Assembly: GCA_028534125.1 (NCBI GenBank)
Contig: CM052816.1
Coordinates: 58,592,001-58,656,000, forward strand
From: Lama glama
Taxonomy: Eukaryota
Length of the DNA: 64,000 bases
Direction of reading: 5' to 3'
In this document: in pieces, positions 13,265 to 25,849 of the stretch
Position numbering within the stretch: position 1 is the stretch's first letter
Layout: every line of letters begins with the position of its first letter
Translations under genes and position numbers: made by a program
Notes under the pieces: model-generated
Databases searched by the model: none
Told to the model about the DNA's origin: nothing
Seen by the model: the letters and a program-made list of their open reading frames with translations, nothing else

Positions 13265-13940
13265 CTAAAGGAACAGTCCCAAGAGACATGGTTATTATTA
13301 TTTAGCTTGTAACTTAAAAAGGGAAGAAATGGAAGGAAATATCATATATAAAGTTATCTAATGTTTAATGGGCTCATTAAATACCATTAATCCATCTGGC
13401 TGCCTTGTTACTAGTGTTAACAGTCAAATGAGTCTTTTTACAAACATGGAAATGGTGCTATTATTAGTCTAACAAATCCAGAATGAATGACAAAGTAGAG
13501 GGAAAAAAAAAATCTCCATTACCTGATTCTCATCCTGATGTGATTAGGTGGAATAACTCCCCATGGTAATTACTCCACTCCATCTTAGCAAGATTAAGCT
13601 CATTTTATCTAGCCTAGGTCTGGGTTAGAGGGAGAATTTTCATTTCTAACAAATTCTCAGGTAATGCTTATGCTGCTGTCTGGGCACCACTCTGGGAAAA
13701 ACCACTAATCTAGGACAAAGAGCAATGGCTTTTCTTAATCCAGTCACCCTAAATACGGAATGTTAAAACCCCATTAAGAAGCTCAAACTGATTTCTGCTA
13801 TAGTTCTTTAACAAGTCTTGTTTATTCTCCCTTTACATTCTCAGTGGCTCTGCTGTTACCAGGCTATACAGCACAGTCACAGCCCTCCTCCTCTACCTTC
13901 TTTCTCCTTCCATTCTGATGTGTGAATGAGTTTGTTCTAA

Positions 13941-14440
13941 NNNNNNNNNNNNNNNNNNNNNNNNNNNNNNNNNNNNNNNNNNNNNNNNNNNNNNNNNNNN
14001 NNNNNNNNNNNNNNNNNNNNNNNNNNNNNNNNNNNNNNNNNNNNNNNNNNNNNNNNNNNNNNNNNNNNNNNNNNNNNNNNNNNNNNNNNNNNNNNNNNNN
14101 NNNNNNNNNNNNNNNNNNNNNNNNNNNNNNNNNNNNNNNNNNNNNNNNNNNNNNNNNNNNNNNNNNNNNNNNNNNNNNNNNNNNNNNNNNNNNNNNNNNN
14201 NNNNNNNNNNNNNNNNNNNNNNNNNNNNNNNNNNNNNNNNNNNNNNNNNNNNNNNNNNNNNNNNNNNNNNNNNNNNNNNNNNNNNNNNNNNNNNNNNNNN
14301 NNNNNNNNNNNNNNNNNNNNNNNNNNNNNNNNNNNNNNNNNNNNNNNNNNNNNNNNNNNNNNNNNNNNNNNNNNNNNNNNNNNNNNNNNNNNNNNNNNNN
14401 NNNNNNNNNNNNNNNNNNNNNNNNNNNNNNNNNNNNNNNN
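13941..14440. other. Assembly gap (500 N) in OCLN intron 4
   Basis: Exactly 500 N. Confidence 1.
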
Positions 14441-14545
14441 TAACTCTAATAAAGTTTCACAAAGCACTAACATGCAAATTTAGAGACAGAAATTTGGAGT
14501 TTAATTTAAAAATTGAATGTCTGCTGATTTTTCTAAAACACTTAC

Positions 14546-14707
14546 CCACTCTTCGACATTGGGGGGCTGCTCATCATAAATACGTTCCTTGTCCCACAAA
14601 ATATTCGACTTGTCATACCGGTCCATCTTTCTTCGGGTTTTCACAGCAAAGAAAATTATTAAAGCAAAAGCCACAATAACCATGAACCCCAGTACAATGG
14701 CAATGGC
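14546..14707 (-). CDS. OCLN: Occludin exon 4 (TM4; [27 protein letters not shown]...NVEEW)
   Basis: TTTTAG| acceptor and TGG|GTAAGT donor; 162 nt, phase 0-0. Confidence 0.98.
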
Positions 14708-14886
14708 CTAAAAAGAGATTAAAGATATTAACATATTTAGCTTTTAATTGCTTTATTCCAACCCACACTCTACAAATACCTGAGGCCCTACTAAATTATC
14801 TGTGGTTTAACTGATATAAAGCTGATACAAATGGTTACATTTTAGAAATCTAAAACCTAGCCCACACCAGTTGGACTAAGGCTAGC

Positions 14887-14890
<4 letters not shown>

Positions 14891-14925
<35 letters not shown>
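14891..14925. repeat. (CA)17 microsatellite in OCLN intron 3
   Basis: Perfect CA run. Confidence 0.97.
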
Positions 14926-14927
<2 letters not shown>

Positions 14928-15917
14928 CTCACTTGACTCAGTCCTCAGAACATGCTTAAATTTAGTTATTATCATTATCCCTGTTAGAATTATAGAAAAC
15001 TAATTCCAAAGCCTGAGCACCAAGGAAGCGGCCATATTTTTTATAAACAGATGAGAATGGCCGATAAATTAACTGAATCACTGGTATACTTCTAAAGGGC
15101 TTGGAAAATGTTAGTCTCAGAAGTAGCTTTAAATATCCAATCATGCTTATAATCTTGTTTATAACACATGCTTGGCAAATTTTTTTACAACTGAAGGTAA
15201 ATTTTAGTCCATAGAGAATCTGCCTTACTTACCATAAATTATGCAGACATGATCTAACCAAACTATAAATTAGAGAAAATGGGCTAATGATTCATTTAGT
15301 CTGGCAGGATCCTCTGTTGTCGGAGTCTTCTGTGTACTTACTAGAAAGGGGCCTATGACAAGGAAACCCTGCCCCCAGCAGTTTTCCTGGTGTCTGATAG
15401 CTAGGTTAAGTGGTACCTGGCCTGGAGGCACTTGGAGTTGAGGCAGGTACCAGGGCTCTGGCCTGAATGTCTGCTAATGGGTAATAGGAGGCTCTCTTTG
15501 CAGCTGTCTATGTAACAGTGGTATCATTTTTCAAAGAATCCAGGTTTTGGGCAGTCAGAGGATGAAGAGGGATGGCAGTACGGTAAGATATGGGTACCAA
15601 CGCTCATCCCTGTTTACCACAGACACATCAGAATGTCAGTGACAAACACTCTGAAACCTACACTTGCAGGGAAAACATTTCAGACTTCAAAATAATGGTG
15701 GTTATGGGAGAAGGTCTCACCCCCAAAAAATGACTCACTCAAGTAAGAGAATGAAAATTCCTGGGTCAGTGTAAGGAGAAACAAAAAACAAGGAAAAAAA
15801 GATTAGTAACCTAGAAACATTTTCTTAATAAAATTAGGGTGACTCACAGTTACTGAAAGCAGGGTTCTCAACCTCACCTGTACATCCGAATCACCTGATA
15901 GATTTTAAAATACTGAT

Positions 15918-17655
15918 TTACACTCTGAAAATTACAAACCACTTTTGAAAAAAATTAAAGACCTTCAAGTAAATGGAAAGACATCCTACATTCTGTGGAT
16001 CAGAAGACTTGTTGCAAAGATGACAATTTTTCCTAAATTGATGTACAAATTCAATGTAATCCTTCAAAATCCTAGCTGGCTTTTTTGCAGATATTGACAA
16101 GCTGATTCTAAAATTTATATGAAAATGCAACAGGTCTAGAATCTAGTCAAAACAATCTTAAAAAGGAAGAACAAAGTTGGAGGATTCCCACTTCCAAATT
16201 TCAAAATTTACTACAAATCTATAGCAGTCAAAAGAGTGTGGTACTGACCTAATGACAGAAATACAAATTAATGGAAACAAACTGAGAGTCTAGAAATAAA
16301 TCCTCACATTTATGGTCAATTCATTTTTTTAAATGGAGGTACTGGGGATTGAACCCAGGACCTCGTGCATGCGAAGCATGTGCTCTCCCACTGAGCTATA
16401 CCCACCCTTCTCTGGTCAATTCATTTTTGACAAGGCTATGAAAATAACTTAATGGAGAAATAGTCTTTTCAACAAATAATACTAAGAAAGCAGGTTATCC
16501 ACATGCAATGAATGTAGGACCCCCTTCCTTCCAAAATTAACTCAAAATGGATCATAGACCTAACCATAAAAGCTAAAATTATAAAACTCTCAGAAAAAAA
16601 CTAGGAGTAAATCTCTGTAATCTTGAATTAGACAAAGTGTTTTTTTAGATATGACACCAAAAGCACAAGAAACAAAGAAAAATTAAATTCAATCTCATCA
16701 AAATTAAAAAATTTGGTGCAAAGAACATCATCCAGAAAGTGAAGGAAATGACAAAATAGAGAGAAAATATTTGCAAATCATATAAGGGACTTACATCCAG
16801 ATATAGAAAAATTCTTACAACTCAATAATAAAAACCCAAGTAGCCCAATTAAAAAATGGGCAAAGAGTTGGAATGACCATTTTGCCAAAGAAGATATACT
16901 AATGGACAATAATCACAGGAAAATATCATTAGCTATCAGGGAAATGCAAATCAAACCAAAATGAGATAGCGCTTCACACCCATTAGCATGGCTAGAATCA
17001 GACAAAAATAACGCTGGTGAAGATGTGGAGAAACTGGAATCCTCATACATTTCTGATAAATGTACAACAGTGCAACCTCTTTGGAGAACAGTCAGACAGT
17101 TCCTCAAAAGGTTAAACAAAGTCTCCATAAGATCCAGCAATTCTGCCCCTGGGTATATATTGAACTCCAGAGAAATTCAAACAAAGGTTTCACCAAAAAC
17201 TTATACACAAATATTCAGGGTATTATTCATAACAGCCAATGTGGAAATAACCCAATGTCTATCAACTGATGAGTATATAAAATGTGGTATATCCACACAA
17301 TGGAGTACTATTCAGCAATAAAAAGGAATGGAGTACTGGTACATACTACAACATGGATGAATCTCAAAAACATGAATGCTAAATGAAAGATGCCAATCAT
17401 TAAAAAAAACACACACACATATTGTATGATTCCACTTATATGAAATATCCAGAATAGGCAAATTTACAGAATAATTAGCAGCTTCTCAGTCTGGGGATGG
17501 TTAGGAAAATGAGGAGTGATCGCTAGTGAGGATGTGGTTTCTTTTTGTGGTAGTGAAAATATTCTAAGATCAACTGTGGTGATGGCTGTGCACTAAAAAC
17601 AACTGAACTATACTTTAAATGGATGAATTAAATGATGGGTTAATTATACTTTTAT
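15918..17655 (+). mobile_element. Old L1 (L1MB-like) ORF2 3' part and 3' UTR
   Basis: Typical L1 ORF2 remnants (AAATGGAAAGACATCC, ATTAACTCAAAATGGATCATAGACCT, CACACCCATTAG) and L1MB-type 3' end. Confidence 0.88.
16325..16410 (-). mobile_element. Vic-1-type SINE inserted in an L1
   Basis: Reverse-complement tRNA head; TSD TGGTCAATTCATTTTT at 16313 and 16413. Confidence 0.88.
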
Positions 17656-17820
17656 GGTGACACCCAGCCCTTCTCCCAGATTCTGATTTAAACAGAAGTG
17701 GGGCCTTGACATCGGTATTTTTAAAAATGTTTCCAAAGTGATTCTATTAAGCATCCCAAGATGAGAGCCTCTGACCTAAGGAAAGTGGGAGAGAAAAAAA
17801 GACAACAAAACTACTCATAC

Positions 17821-18502
17821 CTCCTGGGGATCCACCACACAGAAGTGATATAAATACTGATCCACGTAGAGTCCCGTAGCTGCAGGTGTATAAAACTGAT
17901 TGCAGAGGGCATATATTTGTGAACCGTACAGAGACCCAGATGACTGGGCGGTTGGGTTGACTCCCATTATGTAGACAATTGTGGCAATAAACACCATAAT
18001 GCCCAGGACAGCACTCACTATTATCACAGTCAAATAATATCTTCTTGTTCTGGATATTTCAGATCTTATAACGCTGGTAACAAATATCACCAATGCAGCA
18101 ATGAAACAAAAGGCAGCCATGGCCAGTAGGAATCCCTTTGCTGCTCTTGGATCCGTATAGCCCGCTCCATAGCCATAACCATAGCCGTAACCATAGCCAT
18201 AGCCGCTTCCATAGCCACCAAAGCTACTTCCTCCAAAAGGGTAGCCAACACTACCTCCTAGCAAACCAGTTCCATAGGTTCTGTCCCAGGCAAGTGTGGA
18301 GGCAACACAGGCAAAAATGGCAATGCACATCACAATAATGAGCATAGACAGAATGCGAATCACTCCTGGCGGAGAGGTCCATTTGTAGAAGTGGAGAATT
18401 TCGTCTTCCGGGTAGAAAGAATACGCCGGCTGAGAGAGCATTGGTCGAACGTGCATCTCTCCACCGTATACGTCATTGCTTGGTGCATAATGATTAGGTT
18501 TG
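17821..18502 (-). CDS. OCLN: Occludin exon 3 (TM1-TM3, Gly/Tyr-rich ECL1, ECL2)
   Basis: ORF 17815-18513 translates [10 protein letters not shown]...YGYGYGYG...[15 protein letters not shown]| acceptor and GAG|GTATGA donor; 682 nt, in phase with exon 2. Confidence 0.99.
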
Positions 18503-18634
18503 CTGAAATGCACATGAAAACAACTTTAAGTTAGCACTTTTTTGGTGGTGAGCAGAAAGAACATATAAAGTACTTGGAACAACTGTAACAAACCACTGGA
18601 AAATAAAACTATTAATGGTACTGCCCCACTGCAC

Positions 18635-18990
18635 TGGGGCAACCTGTGTCCTCCTCCCCCAGATTCAAATGTCAAAATCCTAGCCCCTAGCGTGATGGTG
18701 TTAGGAGGTGAGGCCTTTGGGAAGTAATTAGGTCCTAAGGGTGGAGCCCCCTGAATGGGCCTAGTGCCCTTATAAAAGAGGCCCCAGAGAGCTCTCTCAC
18801 CCCTTCCATCATGTGAGGACACAAGGAGTTGGCCGTCTGCAACCCAGAAGGGGGCCTCCGGCCTCCACCAGAACCTGAGCACCCTGATCTCAGACTTACA
18901 GCCACTAGAGCAGTGAAAAGTAAATTTCTGTTGGTTATAAGCCACCCAGTCTCCGGTACTTTATTACAGTAGCTTGAACTGGCTCAGACA
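18635..18990 (+). mobile_element. MLT1A-like MaLR solo LTR
   Basis: GGGCCTAGTGCCCTTATAAAAGAGGCCCCAGAGAGCT...GTAAATTTCTGTTG...AAGCCACCCAGTCT...AGACA. Confidence 0.85.
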
Positions 18991-18999
18991 CCCACTGAA

Positions 19000-19295
19000 C
19001 AGTAAAGGTATCTGAGCCTCATGCATCAGAATCACCTGGAGGGTTTGTTAAAACCTAGATTGTTGGGCACCCCCAGAGTGGCTGAGCCTGTAGGTCTGGG
19101 GTAGGACAAGTTTTTAGATGCCACTGATGCTGCAGCTGGGGAACCATGCACTGAGAATGACTGCTTAGTTTCCATGGAGCAGAGGTTCTCAAAGTTTGCT
19201 GCATACTAGAATCAGCTGGGGAGTGTGTAAAATCCCCAGATGCAGCACTCCATACCAGGTAAATCATAATCCCTGGGATGGGACCCAGGCAGTTT
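19000..19295. mobile_element. Two adjacent MER5A-like hAT elements
   Basis: GCATCAGAATCACCTGGAGGG and GGTTCTCAAAGTTTGCTGCATACTAGAATCAGCTGGGG. Confidence 0.7.
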
Positions 19296-21514
19296 AGAAC
19301 AATGGTGTCAACCCTTCTGCCTTTGCGACCTGAGGCAATTCCTTCAGACATGACACCTGCAGTGGCCTACACAGAGTCAGGTGCAATTCCTGGCAGCCTC
19401 ACTCTCTTACCTAAGAAAGCAATTTGTTCAGTTATTCATTTGGCGACTATTTACTGGAGCTGCCCGGCTGACGTGTGTGGGGCACTGTGCTAGGCACCAG
19501 GCATACAATGAACGGGACAGTCTCAGGCCAGGCCCCTCACAGAGTTAATCTGTCAGTGCAGTAAGACATTAAACAAATCACTACATGAACCATAGTCACT
19601 TATGGCCGGAGCTACAAAGTAGATCAAATATTAATGAGAGCTCATCAGGAAAATGCCTAATTTGATCTTGAATCTCCTTGAGAAAAATACCTTGCAAACC
19701 CCAGTAATTTAATTATACACACACAGCTTATAAATGACACACTGATGTGTGGACACACTGAATCTAAACACTGTGGGCCCTGAGGAGGTAAAATTCAATT
19801 CCTAAACTAAGCCTCTTTTGTTTTCGACATTATTTCCGGAGAACACCTTCCTTACTCTAAAGGAGACATCTTACTACTGGGTGTCGCTAACCACAGGAAT
19901 TAGGAGAATTATCTGAGTATATGAGAATGAAAAGGAAATGGAGAAACTGGAGAGAACACTGAAAAATGTCAAGTAAGGAAATTCACGAACACATTCTACT
20001 TAGATATTTGGGGTGTCTCCATTTGGGGCTGTCATGAATAGCACAGCTCTGACAACCTCCAACATACATCCGGGTACACACAGGCATTATTTTTCTAGGG
20101 TATACATCCAGGAGTAGAAGTTCTCAATTTTTTTTTTTTAATCTTCAGCTCTACTAGACAATGTCAAACTGTTTTCCACAATGACGATATCACTTAAACT
20201 CCCATTGACAGTGTAATGTTCACAGACACATTGCTTGTGATAACTCCAAACTGGAAACAGCCCAAATGCCTGCCTACAGTGCAGTGGGGAACTGTGATAC
20301 AGCCTGATGATGCAATGCTACAGAGCTGTGCTGTCTGATACAGCAGCCACTAGCCACACGTATCAACTGAGCACTGGAAATGTGGCTACTCCAAACTAAG
20401 ATGCACTGTCAAGTGTAAAATAACAAAGTGGTCATAGTATGAAAAAAAAATGTATCACCAGCAAGATAGAACCCTAATATTAACCATGTGCTTTGGGTGA
20501 TAATGATGTGTGTCAATGTAGGTTCATCAGCTGTAACCAGTGCACCACTCTGGTGGGAGATATTGTTAAAGGGGGAGGCTATGCAGGAGAAGGGACAGGT
20601 GTACACAGGAAATTTCTATATCTTCCTCTCAATTTTGCTGTGATCCTAGAAATACTCTAAAAAAAAGGCCATATTTAAAAAAGAATATAAACTAATCATA
20701 TGAATCTGTGTTTTTATCAATCACATGTTTAAAAGATATTATTTTGGATATACTGGGTTAAGTGAAATATTAAAGTTAATTTCTTCTCTTATGTGGTTAC
20801 AAGAAAACATGAAAGTACATACATGGCTTGAGTTATATTTCTTTAGCACTGCTCTGAAGCAAAAAATGAACTACAAATGCACGCAGACATCTTATAAGCA
20901 AAGCTGAAAGAAGCAAGGCAGAAAAGAATACACACAGTATATTACATTCATAGAAAGTTTAAAAATAAGAAAAACTAAACCATATTGTTTAGGATGTATA
21001 AAGTGATGAAATAATAGAGAAAAGCAACGTCCATATGTCAGAACAAAGATGTCCATGGAAAGGGGAGGACACAGGGAAAGACTCTGCAGTGTTCTGTCTC
21101 TTGACTTAGGTGGTGATTTTACTTTGTCTTTATTCATCACCTCATATGCATGTTCTCAGCCCTTTTCTACATGTATATTTAATCATATACAAAATAAGTG
21201 TACAAAACTAAGTATGAGGTTAATGGAACACTACTCTGTTACTACTATATCTGCCAGCATGTTTTAAGGATCTCACTTTCATAAACAACCATGTCCCAAG
21301 TTCAGGAATTAGTCAGGAGGCTATGTAACAGGAACACACTCCTTACTACGGTTATCAGAGTAAAAGCTACAAATTATTTAAAGAAGGAAATCCCTTTCAA
21401 TAGTTGATAGCAAATTTAAAATTTAAGAATTCATTGTTAAATCTCCAAATGACTAAGGACACCAAGAACCTTCAACTTTGCTTGTTGTTTTAACATAATT
21501 AAGGAATTTACAAT

Positions 21515-21830
21515 GTGAAAAACATTACGCTACATGAAAGAAGTCAGTCACAAAAGACCAAATGTTGTATGATTCCATTTATCTGAAATGTCCAGAACAG
21601 GCAAATCTAGAAACAGAAAGTGGATTGGTGGGTGCCTAGTACTGGGGAAATGAGGAGTGACTGCCAATGGTTAGTGTTTCATTGGGGAGGAGATGATGAA
21701 AATGTTCTAAACTGACTGTGGTGACAGCTGCACGACTGTGAATATACTAAAACCACTGAGATGTCTATTCTAAATGGGTGCTTTGTACGGTGTAGGAATT
21801 TTATCTCAATAAAGGTGCTCTTTTAAAAAC
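21515..21830 (+). mobile_element. L1MB-like 3' end
   Basis: GAAAGAAGTCAGTCACAAAAGACC...TTTATCTCAATAAAG. Confidence 0.8.
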
Positions 21831-22186
21831 TGACAATCTTTTGCCACCAGTCATCTAAATAAGGCATTAATATGGAAGCTTCACACCCTTTGTGAGAATC
21901 AAAAAGGAATAAATATACACACAAATATAAGCCTAGACTATGTTGAAGCAAACATTAAAAACAAGTGATGGCAGCTCCCACTGCAGGAAAAACTGTCATC
22001 CTGGAAGTTAAGGGTAGGAGGGAAACTCACCCTTCACTGTATACAGTTGGTTCAATTTGATTTTGCAAATGCACATAGTATTTTATTTTTAAAAACAAAC
22101 ATAAAATAGATGGAAGTTTCAACTACACATATTTTTACATGTAATAGAGTTGTTAAAAAAAAAAAAAGAATAACATGTTTACTTAC

Positions 22187-22236
22187 AATTCATCAGGTCT
22201 GTAAGGAGGTGGACTTTCAAGAGGCCTGGATGACAT
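22187..22236 (-). CDS. OCLN: Occludin exon 2, coding part (start codon; MSSRPLESPPPYRPDE-F). Whole exon is 22187-22303.
   Basis: CAGCC-ATG at 22236; translation matches the occludin N-terminus with its PPPY motif; acceptor TTAG| before 22303 and donor TT|GTAAGT after 22187; 50 coding nt. Confidence 0.97.
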
Positions 22237-23437
22237 GGCTGGTGTCAGTGGTCACCTGATCTTCAGGATGAGCGATGCCCGGTAGCTCCCAAGATGAGAA
22301 AGTCTAAGCAACGTAAGTAGGGTAATGGCATTACTACTGAGCTCAGAGCTTCCTTGCATCACTAAGAAAACCAATGATACCAATCTCAAGTAGCTTTCAC
22401 TCCATGGTTATTTCCCTTGTTCTTCTCACCGTCATTTTTACACGATGGACCATTAATTCTCTGAGCATAAGAAATCACCGAGCGAAGGACTCATCCGGCC
22501 TGGTAGTTCTCAGAGCACCGAGCACTGTGCTCTGCACATCCCCAGCACAGTAGATTCTTTAAACTTGAAATTCTAAGTTGTAGTCATGAAAATTTCACAA
22601 AGATTTACAGCACAAGTAAAAATGGTGTTTTTAAAAATACTCACTTCAAAGAACACAAAGGATGATGTATAAAAGATAAAATTCCTTAAAACATATTTAT
22701 TCTGCCTCATATTACTTTCAAAAGTTCATATAAAATGAGAATGCACACGAAACTGCGTACACAGCTGTGTCCAGCACATGCCAGCCCCTCATTGTTAACT
22801 AAATCATAATCTGGTGAAAAACTAAGCATTTATCATTTTACTTATGAACGATAAGGGTTGTGGACATTTTCCCCTTATCTGCCAGTCTTCAAAATTGAGC
22901 CAAATTTTCACAAAAAAAGGAAAATCATCAAACACATATTGTATTAAAGAGTCCTCTTCACTAAGAGAAAAGGCAGATTGATTTTGTTCTAAAATTCCTC
23001 AACGCAAGAATCCCCAAACATCTGAGAGGTAATTTCACTCAATCAACAAGCATCGACACTGAACCATGGAGCCCATGGAAGTTAAGTATGAGACAAAGTT
23101 CTCCTGAAGGTCATGCACAAAGGAAACAGCAAGTACAACAGGCATTATTTAAGACCAAACTACATGAGAATGTGCAGCTTGGAGATAACAGGAGACTTAA
23201 CAAGGAGCTGAAAACTTGAGGGTGGATGAACGGATGGACACAAGCAAGATCTATAATCTGAGTATATTAAAGTGTTCAATATTTTTCCCTTTTTAAATAA
23301 CGTCTGAGCAATCATATATTACTATGTTATGTTAGGAACAGTAAATAAATTCAAACTCTTTAAACTTTGTTCTTTAAAATCAATAGCAACTACCCTTCTC
23401 ATCCTTAAGAACAGTCAATTACAAATTTCTCAGAATA

Positions 23438-25031
23438 GAGCCGCAAGTCAGGCTCCCCAGCCTGCAGGTTGGGCACTGGGAAGAGGAGCCCCCAGAGCAT
23501 TAGGCTTTGAAGGTCAGCGGGACTTAATTGCAGGAGCTCCACAGGACTGGGGGAAACAGAGACCTCACTCTTAAAAGATGCTCACAAATTCTCCCACTCA
23601 CAGGGACCAAGGGCAAAGTAGTAACTTCATAGGAGTCTGGGCCAGACCATCCTGAAGGGTCTCCTGGGGAGGCAGGGGAAACAGGGTAGGGGCATTGTGG
23701 CTCACCCTGGGGACATAAAAACTGGCAGCAGACATACTGGGGAGTATTCATCTGCATGAACTCTTCTGGAGGCTGACACTTACTTGGGTCATTAGCACCA
23801 AGACATGGCCCCACTTAATAGCCTGTAGGCCCCACTACGGGGATGTCTTAGGCCAAACAACTAACTGGGCAGGAATACATCCCCATCCATCAGGAAACAG
23901 CCTGTCTAAAGACTTCTTGAGCCCACAGCTGCCCCTAGACAGGCTCCTAGACACAGCTCTGCCCACCAGAGAGCAAGGACCCAGCTCCACACACCAATGG
24001 ACAGGCACCAGAAGCAAGAAAACTAAGATCTCGCAGCCTGTGGGACTGAATCTGCAAATGCAGGCCAGATCCTACCCTGGGACCAGCTGGCCCTGGCCCT
24101 TGGGTGACGAGAGGGGAGTGCACTGCTGGGACACACAGGGAGTCTAAAACGAGAGCCACTTCTCCAAAGTTGAGAAAGGTAACTAACCTACCACATACAT
24201 AAAAATACAAATACAAATTTAGACAAAATGAGGTGGCAAAGGAGTATGTTCCAGACAGAAGAAAAAGGTAAAACCCCAGAAGAACAACTAGGTGAAGTGG
24301 AGCTAGGCAATCTACCTGAGACAGAGTTCAGAGTAATGATTGTAAAGATGATCAGAGAACTCTAGAGAAGAATGGATGCACAGAGTGAGAAGTTAGACGT
24401 TTTTAACAGAGTTAGAAAATATATAGAACAACCAAACAGAGCTGAAGAAAACAACTGAAATGAAAAACACACTAGAAGGAATCAATAGTAGAAAAAGTGA
24501 GGCAAAAGAACGGATCAGTGAGCTGGAAGACAGTAAAGGACATCACTGCAGCAGAACAGAAGAAAAAAGAATGAAAAGAAATGAGGACAGTTTAAGACAA
24601 CACCAAGTGTACTAACATTTGCATTACAGAGGTACCAAAAGGAGGAGAGAGAGAGAAAGAGTATGAGAAACTGTGTGAAGAGATAGTAGCTAAAAACTTC
24701 CCTAACCTGAGGAGGGAAACAGTCACCCAAGTACAGGAAGCGCAGAGGCCCATACAGGATTAATCCAACAAGGAACACACCAAGACACATTGTAATCAAA
24801 ATGACAAAAATTAAAGAGAAAGAAAAATACGAAAAGCAACAAGGGAAAAGCAATAAACAACATACAAGAGAACTCCCGTAATGTATCAGCTTATTTTCAG
24901 AGAAATTCTGCAGGCCAGCTGGGAGTGGCATGATCTATCTAGAACGATAAAAGGGAAAAACCTACAACCAAGAATACTCTACCCAGCAAGGCTCACATTC
25001 AGATCTGATGGAGAAATGAAAAGCTTTACAG
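23438..25031 (+). mobile_element. L1 5'UTR/ORF1 fragment, 3'-truncated, with a 17-bp TSD
   Basis: Degenerate ORF1 C-terminus (KGKNLQPRILYPARLTFRSDGEMKSFTDK in ORF 24881-25072); ACAAATTTCTCAGAATA at 23421-23437 and 25032-25048. Confidence 0.88.
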
Positions 25032-25380
25032 ACAAATTTCTCAGAATAAAATATTGCCCAAATGTATGTTAGGTAAAAACTCAAAGATGGAAATGTATTA
25101 AATATTAGTAACACCAACACAATTAGCATAATTTTCCAAACACAGTGAGGGAAGACAACTTTCTCCACATTCATTTATTTCTAAAAACTGCTTTATTGAA
25201 GTATAACATACAGAAGATTACACAAATCAAATGTGTATACAGCTCTATAACTGGCACCCAAACACACACACAGATGAGTTATTTAGGCCAAAATGTTATG
25301 GTGCTATGATAGAGTAAAAGTCCAGATTAATTGTCATCTTTATTGATGTTCAATAAAAGAACATTAATAAAAACTGAATT

Positions 25381-25557
25381 GATAAAAAAACAAGGACCTA
25401 CTGTACAGCACAGAGAACTATATTCAGTATCTTATAATAGCCTATAAGAATCTGAAAAAGAATATATATATAAAAATATAACTGAATCACTTTGCTGTAC
25501 ACCTGAAACCAACACAACATTGTAAATAACCTATACTTCAAAAAATTAATTAATTAA
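25381..25557 (+). mobile_element. 5'-truncated artiodactyl L1 3' end with TSD
   Basis: AACAAGGACCTACTGTACAGCACAG...CACTTTGCTGTACACCTGAAAC; TSD AAAAACTGAATT. Confidence 0.85.
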
Positions 25558-25849
25558 AAAAACTGAATTTAAACCCTAATAAATGCAGGACCCTATTTCT
25601 GAAGCTGAATGTCAAATACTGACACACTGACCTTAGAGGAATCTTATTCCTTCTATAGCTAGGTCTCACTCATTCAAGACTATGCCAAAAAATTCCAGGC
25701 TCACTGGGAGTTTTTGAAAATTCTAAATTAATCCAGACTCAGGCTGAAGTTTAAGTTTTGTCAAAAATCCAGATAACAAAATCCCTTTCCAAACTTCTAT
25801 TTTCTGGATTCAGTTTAGTTGTCATGTCTCCTCTAAGAGCTGCGATTTT

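Noticed and set aside
13922..14473. Long poly-X ORFs here and at 43542-44208
   Set aside because: Translations of N gaps
18503..18513. ORF-track start MHFS before OCLN exon 3 as an alternative N-terminus (occludin 1B-like)
   Set aside because: It starts at a GTG inside the splice acceptor; I could not identify an extra exon in intron 2
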